Assembly (NCBI GenBank): GCA_021841865.1
Contig: JAKCDM010000002.1
Coordinates: 2,071 to 66,070, forward strand
Reading direction: 5' to 3'
Length of the DNA: 64,000 nucleotides
Source: Pseudomonadota bacterium
Lineage (GTDB): Bacteria > Pseudomonadota > Gammaproteobacteria > Burkholderiales > Burkholderiaceae_C
The notes below the pieces were generated by a model. It saw nothing but the letters and a program-made list of their open reading frames with translations, did not search any database and was not told where the DNA came from. The position numbers and the translations under genes are program-made. Positions 9,907 to 20,157 of this stretch are shown piece after piece (position 1 is the stretch's first letter; every line of letters begins with the position of its first letter).

Positions 9907-12900
9907 TGCTCGGCGCCCTCACCCATGCCGCTCTGCGCCAGCGCCTGGTCACGCTGGGAGCCACGCTGGCCCTGGTCGCCGGCGGCATCTTCGCGTGGCG
10001 CTCGCTGCCCATCGACGCCTTCCCCGACGTGTCGTCGCCGCAGGTCAAGGTGATCATGAAGGCCCCGGGCATGACCCCCGAGGAGGTCGAGACCCGCATC
10101 GTGCTGCCCATCGAGCAGGAGGTGCTGGGCATCGCGCGCAAGCGCACCGTGCGCTCGCTGTCCAAGTACGGCATCGCCGACATCACGGTCGACTTCGCCG
10201 AGGGCACCGACGTGTACTGGGCGCGCCAGCAGGTCTCGGAGGCGCTGGCCAACGTGCGCGCAGAACTTCCGCCGTCGGCGCAGGGCGGCCTGGCACCGAT
10301 CACCACGCCGCTATCGGACCTGTTCATGTTCACCCTCGAGGGCCCGGCCAGCCTGGCGCAAAAGCGCAGCACCCTGCAGTGGCAGGTCCGACCCGCGCTG
10401 CGCACCGTGCCCGGCGTCGCCGACGTGAACATGCTGGGCGGCGACGTGCGGGTGTTCGAAGTCCTGCCCGACCCGGTTCGCATGGCCGCTCACGGCGTGA
10501 GTCTGCAGCAATTGCGCGACGCGCTCGAGCGAAACAACAGCAATGACGGAGCCGGGCGCCTGGACGAAGGCGAGGAAACCCGCATCGTGCGCGTGCAGGG
10601 TGCCTATCGCGACGCCGCCGACATCCGCGCCACGGTGCTGTCGGGGAATTCCCCGCAACTGGTGCGCGTGGGCGACGTGGCCGAAGTGCGCACCGCCAGC
10701 AGCACGCGCTACGGCATCGTCACCGAGGACGGTCGCGGCGAGGCCGTCGAAGGCATCGTGCTGGGCCTGCGCGGCGCCAATGCCTCGCAGGTCATCGCCG
10801 GGGTCAAGCAGCGCCTGGCCGAGATCGAACCGCGCCTGCCGCAGGGCATGAAGCTGCGCGTGTTCTACGACCGCAGCCAGCTCGTGCAACGCGCCGTGGG
10901 CACGGTGATGCGCGCCCTCATGGAGGCCGTGGTGCTGGTGGTGGTGATGCTGCTGGCCTACCTGGGCAACTGGCGCGCCGCGCTGGTCGTCGCGCTGACC
11001 CTGCCGCTGTCGGCGCTCGCCACCTTCGTGCTCATGCGCTGGGCCGGGCTGTCGGCCAACCTGATGAGCCTGGGCGGCCTGGCCATCGCGCTGGGCATGC
11101 TGGTCGACGCCGCGGTGGTCGTGGTGGAGAACCTGGTCAACCACATGAGCCACGACGCCGAGCGCCACGCCGGCGGCGGGCCCGGCGCGGCCACCAGCGA
11201 TCGTCTCGCACGCGTCATGCGCGGCGTGGCCGAGGTCGCCGGTCCGGTGATGTCGGGCGTGGCGATCATCGCCATCGTGTTCCTGCCGCTGCTGTCGCTG
11301 CAGGGCCTGGAGGGCAAGCTGTTCCGCCCGGTGGCGCTGACCATCGTGTTCGCGCTCGCCGCGTCGCTGCTGATCGCGCTGACCACGGTGCCGGTGCTGG
11401 CATCGATGATGCTGCGCGAGGTCGCCCACAGCGACCCCTGGCTGGTGCGCAAGCTCTCGGCCGGCTATCGCCTCGTGCTCGACTGGAGCTTCGCCCATGC
11501 GCGCACGGTGATCGTGCTGGCGCTGGTGTCGCTGGTGGCCGCCGGCTTCGCGTACACGCGGGTCGGCAAGACCTTCATGCCCACGCTGGACGAGGGGGAC
11601 ATCATCCTGCAGCTGCAGAAACTTCCGTCGGTCAGCCTCGGCGCCACCGCGGCGCTCGACCTTCGCGTGCAGCGTGCGCTGCTCAAGGAGGTGCCGGAGA
11701 TCCGCGCCATCGTCGCGCGCAGCGGCTCCGACGACCTGGGCCTGGACCCGATGGGACTGAACGAGACCGACACCTTCCTGGTGCTCAAGCCGGCGTCCGA
11801 GTGGCGTGGCAGCAAGGCACAGGTGATCGAGGCCATGCGCCGGGTGCTGCAGCGCTTCCCCGGACTGGACTACACCTTCACCCAGCCCATCGAGATGCGC
11901 GTGTCGGAGATGCTCACCGGCGCGCGCGGCGACCTGGTGGTGAAGATCTTCGGCCCCGACCTGCCGCAGCTGGGGCAGCTGGCGCAGCAGGTGGCGCAGG
12001 TGCTGCGCGGTCTCCAGGGCGCGCGCGAAGTGCTGGCCGCGCGCACCGAGGGCGTGCAGTACCTGACGGTACAGGTCGACCGGCTGGCCGCCGGGCGTGC
12101 CGGCTTCGACGTCGACACCCTGCAGCGCGACCTGCGCGCGCTGGTCGAGGGGCAGCAGATGGGCATCGTGCTCGAGGGCGTGCGGCGCACGCCGCTGCTG
12201 CTGCGCGGCGGCGCCGACCTGCGCGACAACCCGCAGGCCTTCGCCGACCTGCGAATCACCGGCCCCGACGGGCGCAACTGGCCGCTGTCGTACCTGGCGC
12301 GCCTGGTTCCCACGCAGGGCCCGGCGCTGGTGGCGCACGAGGACGGAAGCCGCTTCGCGTCGGTGCAGGCCAACGTCGGCGGGCGCGACCTGGTCGGCTT
12401 CGTCGACGAGGCCAAGCGCGCGGTGGCGGCCAAGGTCAAGCTGCCCGAGGGCGTGCGCCTGCAGTGGGGCGGACAGTTCGAGAACCAGCAGCGCGCAGCG
12501 GCCCGCCTGGGGCTTGTCGTGCCGCTCGCGCTGGCGCTGATCTTCGTGCTGCTGATGACCACCTTCGGTTCGCTGCGCCAATCGGTGCTGGTATTCGCCA
12601 ACATCCCGTTCGCAATGGTCGGCGGGGTGCTCGCGCTGTGGATCAGCGGCGAGTACCTGTCGGTGCCGGCGTCGGTGGGATTCATCGCGCTGCTGGGAAT
12701 CGCCGTGCTCAACGGCGTGGTGCTGGTGAGTCATTTCAACGAATTGCTGCAACGCGGCGTGCCGCTGCAGCAGGCCGTGCGCGACGGCGCGATGCGACGC
12801 CTGCGCCCGGTGATGATGACCGCCAGCATCACCGCGCTGGGCCTGATCCCGCTGCTGTCGGCCACCGGGCCCGGCTCGGAGATCCAGAAGCCCCTCGCGG

Positions 12901-13031
12901 TGGTGGTCGTCGGCGGCCTGATCAGCTCGACCATCCTGACCCTGGTGTTGCTGCCGCTGCTGTTCGCGCGCTTCGGCGTGCCGCGCGCGTCCGTCGGCGA
13001 CGACACGACTTCCCCGGAGAACCCGGCATGA
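9903..13031 (+). CDS. CusA/CzcA-family heavy-metal efflux RND transporter
   Basis: LPIDAFPDVS, NLMSLGGLAIALGMLVDAAVVVVEN, EGKLFRPVA, RLRPVMMTA and GSEIQKPLA motifs; 1042 aa. Confidence 0.95.
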   Translation: MMLGALTHAALRQRLVTLGATLALVAGGIFAWRSLPIDAFPDVSSPQVKVIMKAPGMTPEEVETRIVLPIEQEVLGIARKRTVRSLSKYGIADITVDFAEGTDVYWARQQVSEALANVRAELPPSAQGGLAPITTPLSDLFMFTLEGPASLAQKRSTLQWQVRPALRTVPGVADVNMLGGDVRVFEVLPDPVRMAAHGVSLQQLRDALERNNSNDGAGRLDEGEETRIVRVQGAYRDAADIRATVLSGNSPQLVRVGDVAEVRTASSTRYGIVTEDGRGEAVEGIVLGLRGANASQVIAGVKQRLAEIEPRLPQGMKLRVFYDRSQLVQRAVGTVMRALMEAVVLVVVMLLAYLGNWRAALVVALTLPLSALATFVLMRWAGLSANLMSLGGLAIALGMLVDAAVVVVENLVNHMSHDAERHAGGGPGAATSDRLARVMRGVAEVAGPVMSGVAIIAIVFLPLLSLQGLEGKLFRPVALTIVFALAASLLIALTTVPVLASMMLREVAHSDPWLVRKLSAGYRLVLDWSFAHARTVIVLALVSLVAAGFAYTRVGKTFMPTLDEGDIILQLQKLPSVSLGATAALDLRVQRALLKEVPEIRAIVARSGSDDLGLDPMGLNETDTFLVLKPASEWRGSKAQVIEAMRRVLQRFPGLDYTFTQPIEMRVSEMLTGARGDLVVKIFGPDLPQLGQLAQQVAQVLRGLQGAREVLAARTEGVQYLTVQVDRLAAGRAGFDVDTLQRDLRALVEGQQMGIVLEGVRRTPLLLRGGADLRDNPQAFADLRITGPDGRNWPLSYLARLVPTQGPALVAHEDGSRFASVQANVGGRDLVGFVDEAKRAVAAKVKLPEGVRLQWGGQFENQQRAAARLGLVVPLALALIFVLLMTTFGSLRQSVLVFANIPFAMVGGVLALWISGEYLSVPASVGFIALLGIAVLNGVVLVSHFNELLQRGVPLQQAVRDGAMRRLRPVMMTASITALGLIPLLSATGPGSEIQKPLAVVVVGGLISSTILTLVLLPLLFARFGVPRASVGDDTTSPENPA

Positions 13032-14443
13032 TTCGCTGCCCACTCGCCGCCCGCATCGCGGCCTGGCTGTGCCTGGGCGCGGCCTGCGCCGCGCAGGCCG
13101 CACCGCCCGCCGGCGCACCCGCGCTGCCGGTCTCGAGCGCATCCGGCGCCCTCAGCTCCAGCCTGCCGGCCGGGGCTGGCGCGCTGCCTGCGCTGCAGGA
13201 CCTGCCGACGCCGACCCTGCCGCGCGAGGCCTTGCTGCGCGCGCTGCTGGCGCAGGCGCCGTCGCTGGCCGAGGCCGGCGCGCTGCAAAACGCCGCCGGC
13301 GCGCAGGGCGACGCACTGCGTGCCGGCTCGCAGGAGTTCACTGCGCAGGCCCAGCTCCAGCAACGCCGGGTCGACGAGCCCCCCGACAACGGAAACTACG
13401 CCGAATGGCAGCTGCTGCTGAGCCGCCCGCTGCGCCTGCCGTCGCAGGCCAGCGCCGATTCCCGCCTGGCCGGCGCGCTGCAGCAAAGCGCTCGCAGCGC
13501 GGCCGTGGCGGCGCGACGCGAACTGCTGGCCCAGGTGCTGCAGGCCTGGTTCGACACCCAGCTCGCACAGGCCGAGTCGCGCCTGGCCGCGGCCCAGTCC
13601 CAGGCGCTGGACGCGCAGACCCGGGCCTTGCGCAAACGCCTGGCGCGAGGCGACGTCAGCCAGCTGGAACTCGACCAGCTGCTCGCCGAGCAATCCCGCG
13701 CGGCAGCGGCCGCACTGCTCGCGCAAGGCCGCCTGGACAGCCAGCGCGCGGCGCTGCAGGCGCGCTGGCCGCTGCTGGCGGCCGACCAGCAACTGCGTGG
13801 AGATCCCGCCAGCGCCGCCGACCTGTCGGCGCCGACGCTGGCCGATGCGCAACTGCGCCGCAAGGTGCTGCAAGCCAGCGATGCGCTGGCGCTGGCGCGC
13901 GGCGCCGTCGACCAGGCGCGTGCGCGCGCCGACCAGGCCAGCGCCCAGCGCACGCCGCAGCCCACGGTGGGCGCCTACCTGGGTTCGGACCGGGGCGGAC
14001 GCGAGCGCATCGTCGGGCTGCAGTTCCAGATGCCCTTCGGGGGCCCGGCACGCCAGGCCCACGAACGCGCGGCGCTGGCCGAGCTCGACGCCGCGCAGTG
14101 GCGCCTGCGCGACACCGAGGCCAGGGTGCTGGAGCAGGCCGAACGCCTGCGCCTGCAGGCGCGCGCCCAGGCCGACGCTGCGCAGGCCCTGGACAAGGCC
14201 TCTCAGGCCCAGGCGCAGGCGGCGGCGCGCATGCTGCGCGCCTGGCAGCTCGGCGAGGCCGGCGTGGCCGACTGGCTGCTGGCCCGGCGCAACGCGCTGG
14301 ACGTGGAACGCCAGGCGCTGCAGGCGCGCTTCGACGCCGCTCGCAGCGCCGCGTTGCTGCGCTTGCAGGCCGGACTGCTCAGCGTGGCGCAGCCGCCTGC
14401 AGGCACTGCATCGACACCTGCTGCTGCCTCGCCTGCGGGCTGA
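13028..14443 (+). CDS. TolC/CzcC-family outer membrane efflux protein
   Basis: ATGA overlap with the RND stop; signal peptide; OEP-type helical repeats (RLARGDVSQLE, AWQLGEAGVADWL). Confidence 0.85.
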   Translation: MIRCPLAARIAAWLCLGAACAAQAAPPAGAPALPVSSASGALSSSLPAGAGALPALQDLPTPTLPREALLRALLAQAPSLAEAGALQNAAGAQGDALRAGSQEFTAQAQLQQRRVDEPPDNGNYAEWQLLLSRPLRLPSQASADSRLAGALQQSARSAAVAARRELLAQVLQAWFDTQLAQAESRLAAAQSQALDAQTRALRKRLARGDVSQLELDQLLAEQSRAAAAALLAQGRLDSQRAALQARWPLLAADQQLRGDPASAADLSAPTLADAQLRRKVLQASDALALARGAVDQARARADQASAQRTPQPTVGAYLGSDRGGRERIVGLQFQMPFGGPARQAHERAALAELDAAQWRLRDTEARVLEQAERLRLQARAQADAAQALDKASQAQAQAAARMLRAWQLGEAGVADWLLARRNALDVERQALQARFDAARSAALLRLQAGLLSVAQPPAGTASTPAAASPAG

Positions 14444-14714
14444 AGGCGCGGCTGCCCGGGGCCGTGTAGATGTCGCGCGCCAGGCGCTCGACGATCAGGG
14501 CCTGGCGCGGATGCTCGGGGCCGAGCAGGCGCAGGCCGTCCGCGCGCGCCTGGCGGTAGTCGCGCCCGGCCAGGAAATCGGCCTGCAGGGTCTGCGCGAT
14601 GAGCCCGAAGCGCGCGCAGTCGGGCGCGCCCATCGCGACCGCGGGCCGGCTCGGCGCAAGCGCGGTGGCGAGCAGCAGCCCGGCGAGGCTCACGCGTGCG
14701 AAAACGGTGCTCAT
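14379..14714 (-). CDS. Small secreted hypothetical protein with two Cys
   Basis: Signal-like N-terminus (MSTVFARVSLAGLLLATALAP), Cys near each end of the mature part; 3' end overlaps the TolC gene by 65 bp. Confidence 0.5.
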   Translation of the reverse strand: MSTVFARVSLAGLLLATALAPSRPAVAMGAPDCARFGLIAQTLQADFLAGRDYRQARADGLRLLGPEHPRQALIVERLARDIYTAPGSRAFSPQARQQQVSMQCLQAAAPR

Positions 14715-14768
14715 GCCGCGCATTGTCGCAGCAGCGGCCGCTGGCTGCGCGGCTTCAGGTGCGTGGCC

Positions 14769-16076
<1,308 letters not shown>

Positions 16077-16090
16077 ATCCACCGCTGACG

Positions 16091-16909
16091 ATGCCTGCAC
16101 GCAATCCCTCCCCCACCACCCGCCCGCCGATCGCGCGGGTCGATTTCATCGAAGGCCTGGCCAAGGGCCTGGCGGTGCTCGAGAGCTTCGACACCGAGCG
16201 CCAGCGCCTGAACGCCACGCTCACCGCCGAGCGCGCCGGAATCACCCGCGCGGCGGCCAGGCGCCACCTGCTGACCCTGGCGCACCTCGGCTACCTGGAG
16301 ACCGACGGCAGCCATTTCTGGCTGGCGAGCAAGGTGCTGCGCTTTTCCGGCAGCTACCTGGCGTCGGCGCGCCTGCCGCGCGCGCTTCAGCCGACGCTGG
16401 CGCGCCTGTCGGTGCAGGCGCGGGAAGCCTTCTCGGCGGCGGTGCTCGACGGCGACGAGGTGGTGATCGTCGCGCGCAGCGGCGGCGAGCGCGGCGCAGC
16501 GGCATCCGACGCCGAGCGCGTGATCGCCTACGGAGTGCACCTGGGCGCGCGCCTGCCGGCGCACGCCACGTCGACGGGAAGGGTCCTGCTGGCGGCGCTG
16601 CCGCGGGCGCGCTTCACCGCATGGATGAAGGGACGGGTGCTGTCACGCCTGACTCCGCTGACGATCAGCGAGCCGCGCGCGCTGCGCGCGGTCATCGAAC
16701 AGGTACGCGGCCAGGACTGGTGCCTGGCCAGCGAGGAGCACGAGCTCGGCGTTCACGCACTTGCGGTGCCGGTGCGCAACGCCGCCGGCCACACGGTGGC
16801 GGCGCTCAATGTGGTGAGCTCGCCGCAGCGCCTGCCGGCGGCCGTGCTGCAACGCGAAATGCTTCCGCTGCTGCAGCACGCGGCGCACGAGTTGCGGGCG
16901 CTGGTGTAG
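16091..16909 (+). CDS. pobR: IclR-family regulator (PobR/PcaR-like)
   Basis: DFIEGLAKGLAVLESF, TRAAARRHLLTL..LGY and GARLPAHATSTGRVLLA motifs; divergent from pobA. Confidence 0.88.
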   Translation: MPARNPSPTTRPPIARVDFIEGLAKGLAVLESFDTERQRLNATLTAERAGITRAAARRHLLTLAHLGYLETDGSHFWLASKVLRFSGSYLASARLPRALQPTLARLSVQAREAFSAAVLDGDEVVIVARSGGERGAAASDAERVIAYGVHLGARLPAHATSTGRVLLAALPRARFTAWMKGRVLSRLTPLTISEPRALRAVIEQVRGQDWCLASEEHELGVHALAVPVRNAAGHTVAALNVVSSPQRLPAAVLQREMLPLLQHAAHELRALV

Positions 16910-16958
16910 CACGGCGGTTCGGCGAGCGCCCTGCGCGCCCTGCACGCCGGGCCCGGCG

Positions 16959-17636
16959 TCACGCGTAGGCGTACTCCCCGCCGGTGGCGAGCGCGCGCCG
17001 GTAGGCCGCGCGCGCGTGGATTCGCTGCACGAAATCGGCAATCGCCGTCAGCCCCGGCTGCGGAGCACGCTTTTGCGCCGCTTCCAGCGGGAAGCTCATC
17101 TGGATGTCGGCGGCCGTGAACTCTTCGCCGGCGAACCAGCCCGTCTTGCGCAGCTCGGAGTCGATGTAGCCCAGGTGCAGCGCGAGTTGCGGATCCACCA
17201 GGTCCGTCTGCAGGGCCTGCCCGATACGCCGCGCCACCGGTGCCACGAGCGGGCGCAGCGGCCAGGGAATGGGGGCGCTGGCGATGCGCTGCGCCACCAG
17301 CTTGAGCAGCAACGGGGGCATCGCCGACGCCTCGGCGTAATGCATCCAGTAGCGGTAGCGCAGGGCGTCCTCGCTGTCCGGCGCCGGTTGCAGGCGCCCG
17401 TTGCCGTAGCGCTGCACCAGGTACTCGATGATCGCGCCGGACTCGGCCAGCACGCGCTCGCCGTCGACCACCACCGGTGACTTTCCCAGCGGGTGCACCG
17501 CGCGCAGCTGCGGCGGCGCCAGCATGGTCCGCGGATCGCGCTCGTAGCGCTGCACGGTGTAGTCGAGCCCGAGTTCCTCGAGCAACCACAGCACACGCTG
17601 CGAGCGCGAGTTGTTCAGGTGATGCACGGTGATCAT
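16959..17636 (-). CDS. Glutathione S-transferase
   Basis: HHLNNSRSQRVLWLLEELG, HPLGKSPV, ESGAIIEYL and FTAADIQMSF motifs. Confidence 0.93.
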   Translation of the reverse strand: MITVHHLNNSRSQRVLWLLEELGLDYTVQRYERDPRTMLAPPQLRAVHPLGKSPVVVDGERVLAESGAIIEYLVQRYGNGRLQPAPDSEDALRYRYWMHYAEASAMPPLLLKLVAQRIASAPIPWPLRPLVAPVARRIGQALQTDLVDPQLALHLGYIDSELRKTGWFAGEEFTAADIQMSFPLEAAQKRAPQPGLTAIADFVQRIHARAAYRRALATGGEYAYA

Positions 17637-17720
17637 GGAAGGCTCCTCTGGTGTCGAGAATCGCTGCCGGGCCCGACCATGCTACCGGCGCGCGACTGCG
17701 CCGTCTGCCGCGCAGATTCC

Positions 17721-19031
17721 TCAGGAGCCCGTGGATTCCAGCGAGGGGCCTTCACCGCGCCTTGCTGGATTCGCAAGGTCGGGACATTGCAAGACCGGAA
17801 GAAAGGCGACAAGACCCAGGATGGGACCCGGCAGAAGCAGCCACGTCGCGTCGAGACCGTAGCGCAGCAGCGATGAGCCGAACGCGGGGATGGCCACCAC
17901 GGTCAACGCGAACCCGATGGAATTCTGCAAGGCCAATGCGCTGCCGAGCAGATCCGGCGGACAGGTCGCCGCTGCCACCGCGGAAAACTGCGGGGAGTCG
18001 GCGACCACCGCCGCCCCCCAAAGCAGCAGCAGCCCCAACAGCCACCACGGGCCGACGTCCCGCCAGGTGAGCGCGAAGGCAGCGCAACACAGGCCGGAAA
18101 GAGCGAGTGCCGCGGCCGCCACGCGAGGGCTGCCGAAGCGGCGTGACATGAAGCCCCCGGCCAGGCAGCCGACGGCGCCCATGGCCATGACGCAAAAGCA
18201 GGTCATCCAGATTCCGGCGGGCGACAGCATGCGTCCCAGGGCGCACTTCCCCACCAGGGTCGGCACGGCCACCCAGAAGGCATAGAGCTCCCACATGTGT
18301 CCGAAATAGCCCATCGCCGCCGATCGGAACCCGGGGATGCCGAAGGCTCGAAGACCCACGGTGAAGCGTTGCCGAAGCGCCGAGTCACCTCGCCGGGACG
18401 CCACCCGCGGTGCCATGGCGTTCGGGCCATCCCCGAGCACGCCGATCATGCACGCGCCGACCAGCGCGAGCAGCGATGCCGCCAGAACGACCAGATGCCA
18501 GGAAATGCCGTTCCCGAGCACGTGCAACAACTGCGGCAACGCGGTTCCGAGCGTGAGCATCGCCACCAATTGCGCGAGCGCCGACCCCACTCCTTGCGCG
18601 GCCCAGGTCACGATCAGCTTCATGCCCAGCGGGTAGATGCCGGCCAGGCAAAGGCCGAGCAGCCATCGGTTGAGCAGCCCGCTGGCCAGGCTGCCGGGTG
18701 ACAGAGCCAGCCACGCATTGACCAGGGCACCCGCGCAAGCGCTGGCGACGAATACCGAGCTCGCGCGATACCGATCTGCGAGGCCACCCAGCGACAGGCC
18801 CAGCGTGCCGACGATGAAGCCCAGTTGCACCGCGCTGCTCATCCAGCCGAGGGCCTGCGCCGGGGCGTGCCAGGCGGCGAGCACCCTGGCGGCCTCGCTG
18901 TTGGCGCTGAACCACAGGGAGGTGGCCAGCAACTGCGCGGCGGCAATGGTCGGAACGGCTCCCGGCGTGCGCAGCAGGACGGCACGCAAGCGATCGCGCG
19001 CCGAGCCAGCGCGGGGTATGGACGGGCTCAC
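17721..19031 (-). CDS. MFS transporter (start uncertain)
   Basis: About 12 hydrophobic segments; TSLWFSAN, AVQLGFIVG, LAGIYPLGMKL, GYFGHMWELYAFW and VADSPQFSA motifs. Confidence 0.85.
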   Translation of the reverse strand: MSPSIPRAGSARDRLRAVLLRTPGAVPTIAAAQLLATSLWFSANSEAARVLAAWHAPAQALGWMSSAVQLGFIVGTLGLSLGGLADRYRASSVFVASACAGALVNAWLALSPGSLASGLLNRWLLGLCLAGIYPLGMKLIVTWAAQGVGSALAQLVAMLTLGTALPQLLHVLGNGISWHLVVLAASLLALVGACMIGVLGDGPNAMAPRVASRRGDSALRQRFTVGLRAFGIPGFRSAAMGYFGHMWELYAFWVAVPTLVGKCALGRMLSPAGIWMTCFCVMAMGAVGCLAGGFMSRRFGSPRVAAAALALSGLCCAAFALTWRDVGPWWLLGLLLLWGAAVVADSPQFSAVAAATCPPDLLGSALALQNSIGFALTVVAIPAFGSSLLRYGLDATWLLLPGPILGLVAFLPVLQCPDLANPARRGEGPSLESTGS

Positions 19032-19357
19032 GCTTCGGTCGGGCTCGGCAGCGGTGCGGCACGACGCGCCATGCAGCGACGGCCAGTGCCGGGCAACAGC
19101 AAGTCGGCGCGTGGGGCGCGGGCTCCGAATACGTGAGCGCGGATCGCCCGGGGCGATGGCAGGCGTGGATTCCGGGAATGGGTCATCGGAGCTGGATGAT
19201 CGAGCGCAGGCCGAGAACGAGTCGCTCGTGGCGCGGCCGCGGGAGCCTTGCAGCGCTCACATCGGCGGGAACCTAGGACACTAGGCCCGGCCCGGTCGTA
19301 CCGCGCCGTCGAGCCCTCCCCGCGCGCGAGGCTTGTGCAAGACACGCAAAGCGCGCA

Positions 19358-19373
19358 GAATATTGGAATATTC
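19358..19373. promoter_or_regulatory. AT-rich palindrome GAATATT-GG-AATATTC upstream of the DsbA-family gene
   Basis: Perfect 7-2-7 inverted repeat in an otherwise GC-rich intergenic region. Confidence 0.5.
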
Positions 19374-19426
19374 AGTACAAAACAAGTGGCGCCGCGGCGC
19401 CGATCCCCTTCTGCCGGACAAATCCG

Positions 19427-20104
19427 ATGCAAGGCCCTCACCTCGTCTATTTTGCTGACCCCATGTGCTCCTGGTGCTGGGGCTTCTCGCCTGTGATGCA
19501 GCAGATTTCGCAGCGCTTCGGCGACACCCTGCCGATCCGCCTGGTCCTCGGCGGGCTGCGGCCGTGGACCAGGGAGCCGATGGACCCGAGCGATCGCGCC
19601 GACGTGCGAAGTCACTGGGAACATGTGCACCAGGCTTCGGGGCAGCCGTTCGACTTCGGGTTCTTCGAGCGCGAGCGCTTCGTGTACGACACGGAGCCGG
19701 CGAGTCGTGCGATCGTCGTGCTTCGCCGGCGCGGCATGCCGATGGCGCTGGCCGCGCTGCAGCGCATCCAGCGCGCCTTCTATGCCGACAACCAGGACGT
19801 GACGCAGGTCGACACGCTGGCGGCGCTGGCTGCCGAGCTGGGTGTCGACGAGGCGGGCTTCCGCGAGGAATTCGCCAGCGACGACGCGCGCGAGCAGACC
19901 CGCGCCGACTTCGCGCTGGCGCAGGCCTCCGGGATCCGCGGATTCCCGACCCTGATCGCCGGCGACGGGGCCGACAAGCCCTACGCACTCATCACCCACG
20001 GATTCCAGCCCGCGGATCGCATCATGGCGATCGTCGAGGCCTGGTCAGGCCGGACCGCGCAGGCCGGAGCCCCGGGCGAGGGCATGTCCTGCGCGGTGCA
20101 ATGA
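19427..20104 (+). CDS. DsbA-family (FrnE-like) thioredoxin-fold protein
   Basis: YFADPMCSWCWGFSP (CxxC) and GIRGFPTL cis-Pro loop; no signal peptide. Confidence 0.9.
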   Translation: MQGPHLVYFADPMCSWCWGFSPVMQQISQRFGDTLPIRLVLGGLRPWTREPMDPSDRADVRSHWEHVHQASGQPFDFGFFERERFVYDTEPASRAIVVLRRRGMPMALAALQRIQRAFYADNQDVTQVDTLAALAAELGVDEAGFREEFASDDAREQTRADFALAQASGIRGFPTLIAGDGADKPYALITHGFQPADRIMAIVEAWSGRTAQAGAPGEGMSCAVQ

Positions 20105-20157
20105 GCCCCAGGCGCCGATCGCCCGCGCTGCGCATGTGCGCTGCCGCCTGAGGTACT

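Noticed and set aside
16959-17636. GST as a beta-etherase (LigE/F/G) or as formaldehyde detoxification for VanAB
   Set aside because: The sequence looks like a common generic bacterial GST class; only proximity supports the idea.
19028-19186. 52-codon minus-strand ORF whose stop overlaps the MFS GTG start
   Set aside because: No RBS, Arg/Pro/Ala-rich shadow-like composition, no motif.
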